A DNA stretch of 62,819 bases, filler included, from Sphacelaria rigidula (Eukaryota): assembly GCA_964200075.2 (NCBI GenBank). It is 11 parts of 11 records of this genome, joined end to end, with 100 filler letters (N's around TTAATTAATTAA, not from the genome) between each part and the next. Parts side by side here need not be neighbours in the genome. Positions count along the whole stretch, not along the records: positions 45,762 to 51,381 come from CAXNAA020025797.1; positions 51,482 to 57,100 come from CAXNAA020025798.1; positions 57,201 to 62,819 come from CAXNAA020025799.1; 8 more parts are not named here. One strand, given 5' to 3'. Numbering within the stretch: the stretch's first letter is position 1; every line of letters begins with the position of its first letter. The notes under the pieces were generated by a model, which worked only from the letters and a program-made list of their open reading frames with translations, searched no databases and was not told the DNA's origin. The translations under genes and the position numbers were made by a program. Shown piece after piece: positions 48,049-61,550 of this stretch.

Positions 48049-51000
48049 GTCATGGCAAGAAGGAAATCCCAACATAGGGAACATTCTTTATTTTTTCATG
48101 TTCCTTGTTGAAACGCTCATGTTCTAGCAATCACAGGTCATATCTAGTGCTTCGGTGGTAGGGGTGATCCGTTTCTAGCGAAAACGTCTCTCGGGGCTGC
48201 TTGAAGTGTTGGACGGATGATTTTGAGAAACATCATCATCTTAACCCTTCGACCGCGAGAGTAGTCTTTCTGGAATCATGCACACTTTTTTTCACTTGAA
48301 ATTGATGCCGATTCAACTGAAGACTAACCTCGCGGTCTGAGGGTTAATTAAAGAAGACTGAAAATGATGCAGATTCACGAAATGGTCCCTGGGTGCAAAC
48401 TCCATGTTTCTGGGAGTCCGGTACCCGGAGATTTGGGTTGCACAGTAAGCCCCATATACTTGGACCCCTCCAAAAAAGAGGCCCAGAAACGAAAAGTGCA
48501 ACCTGTGCGGTAGCATTGTTTTTTGGACGTTTTCATGTATTATGTCACGATCGGTCACACTGCACAGTATATATATACAGTGCAGTGGCAGACCGCATGT
48601 GGTGCGCAGCAGAAGCAGTGTGCACAGGCATCCATGTCGTGTGCGCATTTTCAGACGCAACCCATTATGAATGTACATTCAGACGCAAAAAAAAGTCTTC
48701 GGAGACGTTTATCTACGTGGTGGAAACAAAAACTCTCCTCTGGAGGGCCGCGCACCCCTCCGGGGACGTATAATTCCTCCGGAGGCTCGAAACGTTTACC
48801 GACCTGGAGGTATTTTGGAGGTAGACACATAAATGGCCGCGTGGGGTGGATTGCAATGCCATGGACAATAATGGCTGTTTCTTAGTTATCCCCTGTGTCA
48901 TGAATGTGTTCCCATTTTTGGGGGGGGGGAAGCGGACCAAGCACAATCAGAGAAAAGTTCAGTTTACAATGCCACACGATCAACGCCTTTCCTCAATTAG
49001 GGTGCCCACTTCAGCACACTTGGTTGCAGGGCTTCCAACCCTCATACTATATATATGTAAGGTCACCTGCTAAATGGCGGAGAGAATGCATGCGATCTGG
49101 TTCGCTCCCCATTTACTGTGTCATACCTCCGCACACAGTTCTACGGAATTGTGCCATGAATGTGCATTGTTTAGCTTATTTACGTCACTCTTAATGGTTC
49201 CAAAGTAAGCATGCACTGTACTAGGTGACATCATGCTTCTGAGAAAAACTCCAAGACTCGACAACATGATGCTGCCATTCCCCCTCGTGTACCCGAAGAT
49301 TGCAGCCCACCTCGGAATAACGGAGTAGATACGAAGCGCGCGGACTCGATTGTAAGGAATGCATCACGAAGAGAGGAGGCTGAGGAACAGGAGTACAAAA
49401 TAGCTCAGCTCTCACAGGACTCATTTTTATTCAGAAGGTGGGCTTGTACGTTATCGTGTTTGTGAGGGAAGGGCGGGCGGCTTTGTTGTGATTTCCTTGG
49501 GTGTTGTGCGGAGGTAGTGTGGCATCTTTGGCTCATTGGGGGACCAGGTGTGTGGACCGGATGGTGGACATAGCAGCATGTATGTTCAGTCTCGAATCCC
49601 ACTGCCCCCCCCCGCCCCCCCCCTCCGCGCCCTCCCTACTTACCGAGGCTGATCGCAACAAACAAGCTACAGTATACGAACACGATCAGCAAGTAATAGG
49701 TATATCCATGTCGTTTGAATTCGACTATTTGTATTGTAGTGTTTATTTTTAAGGGCAGCATGATCATCAGCGTCTACTCAAATCTACAGAGTGAACTTCG
49801 CCGCGCAGTTTTGTAGGCGGAAGAACTTCTTGGGCGCCGAGTCCTGAAAGAAACGTGTCTTCTTGACCACTTGACCGCTAGGGTCGTAAGTCATCTAACT
49901 GAGTCAGACAATTTTACGTGGAAACGAGGTCGGTTCACCAGAGCGCCTTCTATACCTGAGTCAAACGCCGCGCTATTCAGAGGCACTGATAGTTGTGGAT
50001 GAAACAGCAAAGGAAGCATCTCCAACCATGATATGAGATGCGCCAACAAAGCGGGCAGCCCGTTACAGAATCACTCGTTCCACTGTTGTAATGCGTGAGA
50101 GGTCAGCGTGCTTAGAGGACCGCATCGGAATTTGAACATCCCTATGGTCAGGGTTAGGGTCAGGGTTAGTGTTGGGGTTATAGTCAGGGACGTCGTACCT
50201 GCAGTTAGTTACTGGCCCGAATGATTTTGGAAAACGTCGATCCTGAGGTGTTTTGAACTACGGCGCGGTCCTCTAAGCACGCGGTCCTCTCACGCATTAC
50301 ACCACCCGGGTGGGTTGACGCTTTTTGTTAGGATTGAGCACGCAGACATTTGGCTGCCCTCAAAATTCCTCCAGGTCGGTCAAATTTTCGAGCCTCCAGA
50401 GGAATTGAACGCTTCCGGAGGGGTGCACGGCCCTCCAGAGGAGATCTTTCGATTTCCTCCATATGGATCAAACGCCTCCGGGGGATTGTTTTTGCCTCTG
50501 GAGGGCCACGCATGTCTTGGTAGGCATTTTCCTGACCCGAAATTCCTCCGGAGGGGTGCGTGGCCCTCCAGGTCGGTAGTGTTTGGTTTCCTCCAGAGGG
50601 ATTGGAGGCCTCCTCACGTTTGGTTTGCCTCTGGAGGGTCGCGCATCCCTCCGGAGGCATTTTGGGGGGTGTATAATGCGTGAGAGGACCGCGTGCTTAG
50701 AGGACCGCATCGGAATTTGAACATCCCTATGGTTAGGGTTAGGGTTAGCGTTAGTGTTGGGGTTCGGGTCAGGGGCGTGGTACCTCCAAGGGCTGACCCG
50801 ATTGGTTTTGAAAAGCGTTGATCCTGAGGTGTTTTGACCTAGGGCGCGGTCCTCTAAGCACGCGGTCCTCTCACGCATTACAGTACTCTGTAGTAGGGTA
50901 CAGCACTGACCGTCAACACAGTAATGTAGAAGCAGGGCTTTTGTTACTACACCTGGGTTATACTCGTAATGGTAGGTAGTACCCTTGAGTACGTGCATGT

Positions 51001-52030
51001 GCATGATGTTCATCTGGGCTGTGTCCATTGTTTGGGTGAGCATCAGAGCTACATTGTACGTTGGTGGGAGGGCCTGCTGCATTTGGGTCAGGAGAGGCAG
51101 TGGACGTGGTCGGAGGGTGGGCTCAAAAGCTTCTAACGTTTTCGCAGCATGAAAGAATGCAACCTTGCAGGTGGCCGGGCCGCGAACGAAGGTAGACAAA
51201 ATCGTCTGAGTGTGGAACCCGTAATTCCGAGCAATACAATGTGGTCTCAACACTATATTCGTGAGATTCAGAGTGTAGTTTCAGATTCAGAGTGAGACCC
51301 GAAACAATCGACTTTCTCGTCGATTTTGACATCACCACTGTTCGAGCAGTAATGCGCCCAGCTGGTGAAGCGGTAGCTTCANNNNNNNNNNNNNNNNNNN
51401 NNNNNNNNNNNNNNNNNNNNNNNNNTTAATTAATTAANNNNNNNNNNNNNNNNNNNNNNNNNNNNNNNNNNNNNNNNNNNNTAGACCTTTGCTGCCGAAC
51501 GTCTGGCCAACGATTCCCCCACACTCTGTACCAGCTTCTATCCTTCAAGATCTCAAGAGTCTACGTACCGCTTGGTGCTCCTTCTCGTAGGCATGCGGTC
51601 GGTCATCAGTAAGGTCTTTGTTTCATGAGTGCACTAGGTCTCGGCATTTATGCCATGCATTGTCCACCCCTTCCCTTCATTAGGCGCTTTTTGTACCTAA
51701 TATCGGAAATTTCTGGAAATGGCAGACCAGACTTCCACCGCCTACTGGAAACCGGTGAGGTTTGCGGGTATCTCACCACGAGACACCAACCTTCGCGTGA
51801 ATTTGACATGGAGGGGGTGATGACCCTACCCTATTCGCACTGGTTATATCTTCTATACTATCGATTGGCATGTGAGGTGGTCGACCTTCACGCTGTTGTT
51901 TACATGTTTAAGTTTTGGATTTATTTTTCCCTCACGTTTGTTATGATATTGGGGGGTCATTCTCGGTTGTTTTCCGATTTAATATGGGACAGTAGATCTG
52001 TTTGATTTCGCGATTCCACGTTCATGTTCG

Positions 52031-52983
52031 GGCTATTGTATGGTACGCTAGAGAAAAATGAGGGTGAACTTCTCTATTTCATGTCCACGTCCGGGCTGTG
52101 CTATGGTAGGTTCAAGAAAAAAGGGGGTTAGCTTCTCTATTTCATGTCTATGCCCGGGCTGTGACGAAATCACGCCTTCACGTTGAGTAGATGGTGGTGA
52201 TTGGATGATGACTTGGGATCTGTAGTGACGAGATGGATGATGACATGGACACAGCGGTGTTACCCTGATGTGATTTATGGAGCGTATGTGTCTGGAAGGC
52301 ACTCCGGGAATGTTAAGGTGTTGTGAAGGCTGACAACTGAGACCTTTCAGGCCAGTGGAACTGGGGAGTCCCTCAACAGCATATGGACGCTGCAGTACTA
52401 GCAATCTGCTGGCGTCACAGGGCTATGTTATGGTAGGTTAGAGAAAAAGGAGGACATGTCTATGTCCGGGCTGTGTTATGGTAGGTTAAATTAAAAGGAG
52501 AGTGAACTTCTTCATTCCATGTCGTCTATGTCCGGGCTGCGTTATGGTTGGTTGAAGAAAAAGGGGGGTGGACTTCTTTATATCATGTCTATGTCCGGGC
52601 TGTGTTATAGTAGTTTAAAGGAAAAGGAGGGTGGGCTCCTCTGTTTCATGTCTACGTCCGGGCTGTATTACGGTAGTTTCAATAAAAAGAGGGGTTAGCT
52701 TTTGTATTCCATGTCTACGTCCGGGCTGTGTTGTGGTAGGCTAAATAAAAGGAGTGTTAGCTTCTCTATATCATGTCTACGTCCGGGCTGTATTATGGTA
52801 GGTTTAAAATGGGGGTTAGCTTCTTCATTTTTTGTTCATGTCCGGTCTGTGTTATGGCAGGTTGAAGAAAAGGAGTGTTAGCTTCTTCATTCCATGTCTA
52901 TGTCCGGGCTGTGTTCTGGTAGGTTAAAGAAAGAGGACGGTTAGCTTCTCTATGTCATGTCCATGTCCAGGCTGCGTTATGGG
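52031..52983. repeat. Minisatellite of ~61-63-bp degenerate units (about 11 copies)
   Basis: Recurrent atgtcta(t/c)gtccgggctgtgttatggtaggtt...aaaagga...agcttct. Confidence 0.93.
52160..52419 (+). mobile_element. Solo LTR with 4-bp TSD GGGC, related to the LTR at 19632-19874
   Basis: gggc|tgtgacgaaatcacgcc ... ctgctggcgtcaca|gggc. The ends and internal segments (ggctgacaactga, ggccagtggaactggggagtccctcaacagc) match the reverse complement of 19632-19874. Confidence 0.92.
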
Positions 52984-53899
52984 ACATTGAAACAAAAAAC
53001 AAAAACGGAAAAGCGCGAAATGTAGAAAAACAAAGAAGGAAAATACTAGAAAGGATGGAAACGCAGAATACTCAGGGAAAAGGAAGTAGTGTAATTAGTG
53101 AATATAGAACATCTCCGGTGTATCATGTCTATATCCAATTTGTGTGTTTCTGGGGGGAAACCAGTGGAACAAGGGTTTCGTGAGATTGAGAGTTGGGTGC
53201 TGATTGAGAGTAGCTTTGATCATTCGCTTTAACTTGGCCAATTTTCCATTCCGTATGTGCTTTTCTTCGTCTCATCACTGCCATGTGCTTACAGCTACAC
53301 GCTGATATCCTACTCAGGGGTATCGACGACCTCAGCAGTGGCAAGCTACTACAGAGAGAATATTGAGCCTCGTGGAGGTGCGTTTCGGAACTGAAAGGGC
53401 TTATTCACTAGTTGACCGCTTTTCACTCTCAATCCTACCTTCAACTCCCAGTTTCACGAAAACATTGTTTCGGGTTGTTTAGGTATTTGAATGTTGTGTC
53501 TGTCGGTCCGGAACTTTCTTTGTCTGGTGGCGGTCCCAGGTATATGTACGGCGACATTCTGTACATATGTCTAGGTTTTGGTGGCTTGTTTTACAGGGCC
53601 GTCGCCACTCGACGCCGACCCAAGACTCTAGTGTAGAGGTGAGGGGGGCTCCGTGTCCGAAGATCTTCCCCCGACAGACCCTTGGTAGGATCCCAAAACT
53701 TCTGTTCTCGGACTCCAAAGTTGTATGGCGTGCAGAAGTTGGCAACAGCGTGAAGGCATGTGGCCATTTTTCGAGAAATCGATGTGGGTATTAATATTTT
53801 AATTGACCGACTCATCATACAATAAAGAACTTCATCCTCAATTTTCATGATCGGTTGTTATCGATCATACCAAAGATTCGTGGTGATTTGCTAGCTGTG

Positions 53900-56800
53900 C
53901 AGAACGGCATAGACACCGCCTCACGACTGGAATCGATGCGCGTGGGGTGGTCGTGTCGCGCAGTATTCCAAAAGATTCAAGGCAAGACCATGGTTTTCTC
54001 CTGACTCGTGTTTCATGATTCGTTCCATGAGACTAGTTTTTATCTTCAGGTACAACCCGCGATTCGCCCGACGGCGTCGGCGGACTACCCGCCGTAGACG
54101 TCTGCACCCAAGGGCGCAGCGCACCAAGCAGTGCACAACATCTTCATCAGCCCGATGCACGGGTTATAACTTCCATCTGCAAACGACAACCGCCAGGGTT
54201 GCATGTATACCTCCATAACTCATCTGCATGAGACGCGTCTCCAACTTTCTCTACGGCTTCAATCAAAACGCGAAGCCATCGCCGTGGTCTTTGCCAGCTT
54301 CCGATGCCGAATCCTTTCTTTCCAAGCCGCTGCACTCGGAATCTGAATCTCCGATCCAGATCCTGGCTGGCGACTTCGATCCGCCTTCTGGCAATCATGC
54401 ATGCCGCCGCCGCGCCCCTTTCATCCATGCGGCGTATATCACCAAGACGGTCGATGGAGGCCTTCAAGTCGGACCAACTTTCCGTGGTGCCCAGTTGCAT
54501 GAAGAGGTACTTGAGCACCCGCGGCTCCCTCTGCATCATCCGTATTGCCTAGTGGGGAGAAGTTGAGCATGAGACCAAACGAGGGCGAATGATGCGGGGT
54601 ATACACCCTGTTAAGCAGTTGTTTGCCCTCACACCTTCAATCCATGCCCTTTCGCGAGGTGGGCACGTCGCCTCGTGGGACCACGGAATACCTCCCGCTG
54701 CGTGCGACTATAAATCTTGCATCTCAAATGAGAGAAGCACTCCCGCATCATCTGAAACGTTTCCACAGACGAATCTTCTCTTACTCGCTTCATCGTGCAT
54801 TTTTCACAATGGGGACTCAGTACCGGATAAGAAACATACAAACGGCGTCTCTGGGGATTTCGAACCGGAAACTTTCCAAACTACTTGGCACGAGTGTGTG
54901 TTGTCGTCCCATCTATTCTGGACGCCGATCTAAACCTTTCGTTATATGTGGGTGCACCAGCCGGGGTCACACGGGAGTTTTTTCTGTTTTGTTTGATTTT
55001 AGTACCCCGCCTTCCTTCTGCGGTGCTTGCCTTTATTGTTTCTGATCGCGAGAGGGGTTCAGCAGTCCCTTTCCCTTGTCGACCGCGAAGTCGAAATTTA
55101 CTTGGCACGAGTAAATCCAATTGGATTACCTGGGCGCGGCGCCCAAGTGCAAACAACCTCAATTTCATGCGAGGTCCGATCTCCAGTGTCGAAGTTTTCT
55201 CATGCCAGACGCAGCGCTGCCCCGCATGCACAGGCACGTCATCTTGCCATGTTTCGACACTAATATCCCGACCAAAGTTTGAGAGAGAGGCTTCAAAACG
55301 TTCGCGTACACGTTTAGACAAGGAGTGCCTAAAGATTGACAACTCTGCTAACTTGTCTGAGTTCGATCTCCAAGCACGTCTCGATGTGGCCACCTTCACC
55401 TACGATCCTTGGCACCGCGCAAGGGAATGCTGCATTGTCGAAGACGGAGAGTCAACGCTCCCATTGCCCGCCTACCCTGTGCCACAGGGGTTCCGTCGTC
55501 ATATCCGCGGCCACCAGCTCATCTTGCCGGCGGTGCACGTGCATGAGCGACAGATACCCAGGCAGATTTTCCACAGCCACGCAGGTGGCCGCTATAGTAC
55601 TCACATGTGCCCCGATCCCCGTAACACTCGTCGTCGGCCGAAAATCGTAGTTGTCCCAAGGAATCGTAGTAGCCCTTAACGCAAGGGTCATGATATGTTT
55701 GTCCAACCTCCACTTCACCTAGAACTGCTCCCACTTATATAGCATCAACTCTGTCTTGCAGAATCCGTGGGCGGAAATGGAGTCGATGACAGCCATGGTT
55801 GCGTAGTGCATTTTCAATACCTGCGCTTGATGAAAGTCGTGCATTACTCTAAATCCTCGGCCTGAAACAGTTTTGACGAGGTTTTTGCGCGATCGTGTAC
55901 AGCCTCCCAATCTGCCTCTTCCTCTTTCTCATCCTCTTGCGCAGCGCCTTTTCTCGCGGCGTCGATCCATGTGTACTTGCGCCGACACGGGACATCACCG
56001 ATTCCCGTTGAACTGCCCTTCTGGTTTCCCGTTGTGGCGTACCACCACCAGACCCGTTCGTGGTGCCCACCAAATCTGCCCCGCCATCGCACGCCGCCAA
56101 CACGGCGACATCATCCGCCGTGGCGGTGCGAGGCGCATGAACAGAAAGAATGCCCTTGCTTACCACGCCTTGCGTTCTCCACCGTCGGAAAACGCAAATC
56201 CGGACCATCACTCGAAACGTCCACACGGCACAAACTGCTCAGCAAAGCCAGCAGTGCCGGCGGCATATCATCCATCAGAAATTGATTCATGGGTTGAATA
56301 TTCCTCGATATGTCGATGGTGTATTTCTGGTCCCTGTCTCACGACACGTTCCTCAGTTCTTGTGCATCTTCAATGTCCATCCTGACAATAGACCCAGCCG
56401 CTATGATCACGGCCCGTTTCTCCTCTGCCGAACCGGCAGCTATCACTCGGCACCTCTTCGTATGTACCGCCTCATATACCCCGCGGCGAGAGGAAGGTGT
56501 CCACCTGTGTATTTTCAATGGAAAAGGAGACCACGATTCACGATGGTTTACGAAGCGCACCCACACTTCGAAACATCTGGCTCGCAGCCTCATATCGTAA
56601 GGGTCCGTCTTAATACGGGATTAAACAGAGAAACCAAGAGCACAACAAGCGTCCAAAAGCAGCACGTTGATCGGTTACTGCGACATCCCGCCCGGCGACC
56701 AATCAGCATGTTGCATTTCAGCGCTTGCTTTCTTCTTCGCTCCTTTTCCCGGTCCCGTCAAGATTGGCTCTCTTGCCTATTGTAGTGCTTGCCCGATCCA

Positions 56801-57040
56801 GTAATCAGTGTGTAACACCTTCAGATCACTTTGTTGGATTTTCATTGCAGGCAGGTTGATTTATCGTAATTGCGCACCCTCTTTGAAATACTGAACGTGC
56901 ACGCCATCGCCTTTGGTCGACAAACCTGACGCCATCGAGCGGAACATCTACGGCATGATTCTAGGGTAACAGAGCTTTCACTTGAGCCATCGACTACTAC
57001 CACCGGTCGCATTGCGAAACCAAGGTACGCTTTCTGCATT
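53900..57040 (-). pseudogene. Heavily decayed large intronless-looking ORF, putative DUF6589/Academ-like transposase
   Basis: Collinear minus-strand fragments: HYATMAVIDSISAHGFC..LYKWE, IPWDNYDFRPTTSVTGIGAHVST, AIRMMQREPRVLKYLFMQLG. It has many stops and frameshifts and a SINE insertion. Confidence 0.4.
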
Positions 57041-58050
57041 TAACAACAAATTGTGCGAATTGAGGTTTACCTTTGAGATGAGGCTCAAGCCTAAAACAGT
57101 NNNNNNNNNNNNNNNNNNNNNNNNNNNNNNNNNNNNNNNNNNNNTTAATTAATTAANNNNNNNNNNNNNNNNNNNNNNNNNNNNNNNNNNNNNNNNNNNN
57201 CTCCGGGTTCTCATCCTCAATGAAAAGCACCATCCTCAACATAGATGATCGGCTGTTTGCAGCAGCAACTCGACATGGGCTGGTTCCACTAGTAGACACC
57301 AAAACGCGTCCCAGAAACGAATAGGACGAACGGCAAAAAATAACACAATCGGTAGGTTTCTTCGACACGTGGTGTGTGCGGTTCTCGTCGGCATATTCCG
57401 CCAAGCCCCTGATTTTTTGTTGTTCTCCCGGAGATACGTACAAGCACGTCAAAGTCAGTTTGAACGAGGTGGGACCAACCGATATGCGGCCAACCCAAGA
57501 CGTGCCAAGTAACCCGTCTTAATGCCAAGCCCTGCCTCGGGGGAAATGATTCCATTTGCGCTCGTGGCGATGTTGGCTATTCAACTGAGTCGACCCAGCT
57601 TGTACGCGACTAACGAGACAAGATGCCAAACAGCCTTTTGACATGTGCTCAGGCGCATGTTCGTAGTTCGCATCGTTCTGGCACTGGCCCCGGGAACCGG
57701 GCGATGGGCCACCGCCCCACTTTTGCGTCTCACGACAGGCCCAAAACAAGGCAAAGCAGCAACCAGCGTCTTCACAGTTTCACGGGTTTCGTTCAGCCAG
57801 TCATCGCGGTTTGTTTATCTTGGGTATATCCGCAATCAATCGACCGATCAATCAACATTGGTCAAAACATGCAGTCGCCCAGCTCCTTACGTTACATGAG
57901 GCACTAAAAAGTTCGACTTCATATATATAGTGAATGATACAGTCAAAACTCCCCAACAAACCGATATTGGAGTCGAAACATTTGCCAGCACTTGTGTCGA
58001 TCTCAAACCAGCATCTCTTCTTCGGCACTTTGTGCATGTGCTTACTGCAG

Positions 58051-58300
58051 ATTCTGGTGGAGGCGGCGGCGGCGGTGGTGGCAGCTCTGACTCCCGTGGT
58101 TCCTCTGACTCCAGTGACTCCTCTGACTCTGGTGACGGCGGGGGTGGCGGCCACAGCTCTAGCAGTGGTGGTGGGTCCAGCGACTCTTCGGATTCTCATG
58201 ACTAGGGCGGAAGCTCTTACGGCGGTGATTGCTCAGACTCCGGTATCGGCGGGGGCGATGGCGATGGTGACCGAAGCCGCAGAAGCAAGTTGTACCAGCT
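58051..58300 (+). CDS. Gly/Ser/Asp low-complexity exon-like segment with an in-frame TAG (58203-58205)
   Basis: A ctgcag acceptor is followed by (D)SGGGGGGGGGSSDSRGSSDSSDSSDSGDGGGGGHSSSSGGG. The same composition continues past the stop. Confidence 0.35.
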
Positions 58301-60262
58301 GCTAAAATGGCGACGGTGTTGCGAAGGAGACGCGAAACACACACACATAAATATATGTACGCGCATGCTGAATGATCAACACATGTGATACCGTTGAGCT
58401 TCTCGCCTCGGGCAAGGGCTGTTGGGTACAAGTGTAGTCGAGTTGTTGCTCAACCTGTACATGCTGAGACGCAGTGTGGCACAGCAATAGGATAATAGAC
58501 AGCTATCTGTCACTTTTTCCGGGATATATAGGGCTTTGGCATACATCATGGGCCGTATTCAAACCCAGGCTTGGTGTTGAAACCGTGCATGGTGTGGATG
58601 GGCTTGGCAGGGTGACTGCGGGTTCCGGTCTGTATTTCACATTGAGTGGGTAAAGTAGCAACACTTCTACCCAATGCAGCATATGAGGTACTTCGCCGAA
58701 ATGTGGGAAGGACTTCTTGTTCCATGGTAACGATGTCGAAGAACTGTTTACGGGAGGAGCGAACGCTGCACTGCTCCTTGTATCGAGGGATTTTTTTCGT
58801 TGGGGTACGTCGTTCTTTCTCCCGCTCTTGTTTTCTCGAAAACAATGAATGCAGGGCGGGGAGGTGTTTCCTAAGGATCCTTCTATGGTCGGCCTTAGAC
58901 AAGCGTGTACTGGGCGGCACTTCGATCGGGTCGTTGGGTTTTGTCAACGTGCACACTTCCTCCTGATTTCGTTTGTACATGTGCTTCATCTGGCGGAGAC
59001 TGCGCAGTACTTGTGGGCACATTGATCAGTGTGGCGTATGGATAGTGCGCGTCTGTGACGGTAGTGCGCTGCGAGACAACGGCTACGATCACGATTTCTG
59101 TGGCGTGGATTGAGCAGTGAAGGGGCACTCGCTGCCTCTACTCTCGACAGAGCACGCTCGTGTATGGCATTATAGAGCTATATGAATCAATCTATGTCGT
59201 GTGTACGGGTTGCGCCCCTTGTGTATTCCGGTGTATGTAGGGTGTCGATTACTGAAAATTATCAGCTATATTACAGAGTACCAAGGTTACGGACGGCCAG
59301 AAATGCTCAGTGGATATTCATGGTACCCAGGGTGTGGACTGTCGAAAGTACTCCAAGGTATCTAGGTTGTTGGCATTCCGCAGTACTCGGTGATCTCGCG
59401 TGTGTCACGTGATATTGACATTGTTATCCTAGCTGCTAGAGGCGGAGAGGATGATTACAACCTGGGATCAAGTACAGGCTGGTTCACGGAAAAACCCAAA
59501 TTCTGTCATCATCAAATGCCTTCTGCAAAACGTACCCAATGATCGCAAACATGGTATAATACTGACCGCAATGAAAATACGAAGAAGAGGACATAGCAGG
59601 ATTTGTGTTTAAGGCTATAGCGGTGGTGCTATGGACGAAAATGTGTCTCGAGTAACCAGCGCCTTTCAAACTGTTCCGAAATTGTAAATACGAATTCCAA
59701 GTCCAATTTCCACCGAATCTCCATATGCTTCAAATCGTGGTGACCACCATCACCTCAAGAATCTAACGGGAAAAACGCATTTGAAGACGGTTCCAACGGG
59801 GGCGAATAATACCCGAACCCGCAATGTTTCGGTGGTGTGGCGTTTGGCATCGTCTAATTTCCACTCATGATACGCAGGAAAGATTCAGGAAGCCTCGTGA
59901 CGATTCCCCTTATATTTGTTGTAGAAAAGCTCAGACCCCCCTCAAACTTGGCACTCCCGTAGGTATTGATACTCCAAATGGGAAGATTGTGCTCTTGGCA
60001 AGGGGTCAAAGTTTCTCCGTTCTCAACCGGCTTCCGGAAATGTCAGCACAAAGACCCCCGGAAGGCGGTACAAAATGACTCACAAGACAAAATGATGAGA
60101 TGATGCGTCCCGGGATGGTGTAGGGACACATATACGAAGTTTGACGGAGAAACTCGAAACTTTCATGTACAATTTTTCCTGCCTTTACGAAAAAATCAAC
60201 CTAAAATATGTTTTCATACCTAAACCAAGTAGCGAGGAGTTTGCACGTTCAAAGCTCATATC

Positions 60263-60850
60263 CTCGCACAAACGCGCAAATCTTCACGCATTTAGTGGAA
60301 GTTAGACCCTGGCCCTTTGCACAAACGTGCTATGGATCATTACGCAAGTTTTGATCAACGAGGTTTCTCCATCTCTCGATTTTTTCAACGTTCTTCTGGG
60401 GTCCGACGCAATCAAAATCGTTTTCCAAAGTCGTTCATTCTGGGACCCCGGAAAACCGGCACTACGGTATTTTTTTTTATTTTTTTCTAAGATGCTCTGT
60501 CGCCGCAAAGCCCAACAAAGGACCCCACAAAATTTCGTGGCCAAACTCGATTAACTGCTGCTTCAATTTTCATGTTCACGTCAAAGAAGACCCAAAAACG
60601 CCATTTTCCAGCAAAAAATCAAGTAGTTTGCCGTTTCACCGTGGCACGGCAAGGTCCATCGCACAAACGCGAAAACCTTCACGTCGTTTCAACGTGTTAG
60701 ACCCTGGAAATTTGCACAGCGGTGGCTTGGGTCATCACGCAACTTTGTATGGACGGGGTGTTTCATTTTTCATTTTTGTTTACCGTTTTTCGGGGATCCG
60801 ACTGAATCAAAGTTTCCTCCAAAAAAACTGGTGCCCGGGAATAACTGTGA
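60263..60850. repeat. Degenerate direct repeat with a ~396-bp period
   Basis: tcgcacaaacgcg.aaa.cttcacg...gttagaccctgg...tttgcaca occurs at 60264 and 60659. Confidence 0.7.
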
Positions 60851-61194
60851 AAAAGTCAAAAAGTGAAAAACAACCTCGGCCTTAGAAAGTTGCGTAATGA
60901 CCCTAGAACACCTGTGCAAAGTTTCAGGGTCTTACTCCTTAAAACGGCGTGAAGGTTTGCTGACGAGGGCTTTTGGTTTTTTATCCGTGAACCAACCTGT
61001 ATTAAACAGTCTGGATTTATTTTTGAGTTTCAATGGACCATCGAAATTTCATTTACTTTGTTCAAAAGGCTCGGGATTCGCAACCGCTTTCGACCATGTG
61101 CCCCTAACGCAGAAGGTTCTTTACGGCAGCAAAAGCATGATGGTGAGCAATCCATCCGAAAAGACACTGTCATTCACTGTGCGGCATCGTTTGA

Positions 61195-61550
61195 GCACAC
61201 ACGTGGACAGCACCCTGTGGAGGAGGTCTACAGGGTTCACGTACCCCGCGCAGTGTTCTGACGGGAATTTTACTGTACAGTGTTTCCCAGCGTAGCACAG
61301 GACGCTCCACAGGGTTTCTCTACAGTGGTCATGCGCACGTGAACAAATAGCACCCTGTGGGGCACGTCTGCAGGGTTAAGGAAAACTGTGCAGTGTTTCT
61401 CGCGGGGATCTGGCTGTAGGGTTTTTTCGTGCGCCCCACAGGACGCTTCACAGGGTTCAGGGAAACTGTGCAGGGTTTCTCGCGGGGATTTGACTGTAGA
61501 GTATTATTTTGTGCCACACAGGGCGCTGCACAGGGCTTCGTCACTCCGTG
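61195..61550. repeat. Short tandem-repeat cluster (two ~78-bp units plus degenerate copies; CAGGGTT/CTGTGCAG motifs), probably a MITE
   Basis: cagggtt.agg.aaactgtgcag.gtttctcgcggggat.tg.ctgtag is repeated at ~61371 and ~61451. Confidence 0.65.

Noticed and set aside
50468..51253. 261-aa ORF with a PNPN repeat
   Set aside because: It runs through two MITEs, and the repeat is the translated telomere-like tract.
52031..52983. CRISPR array
   Set aside because: The inter-core segments are homologous to each other rather than unique spacers, there are no cas genes, and the context is eukaryotic.
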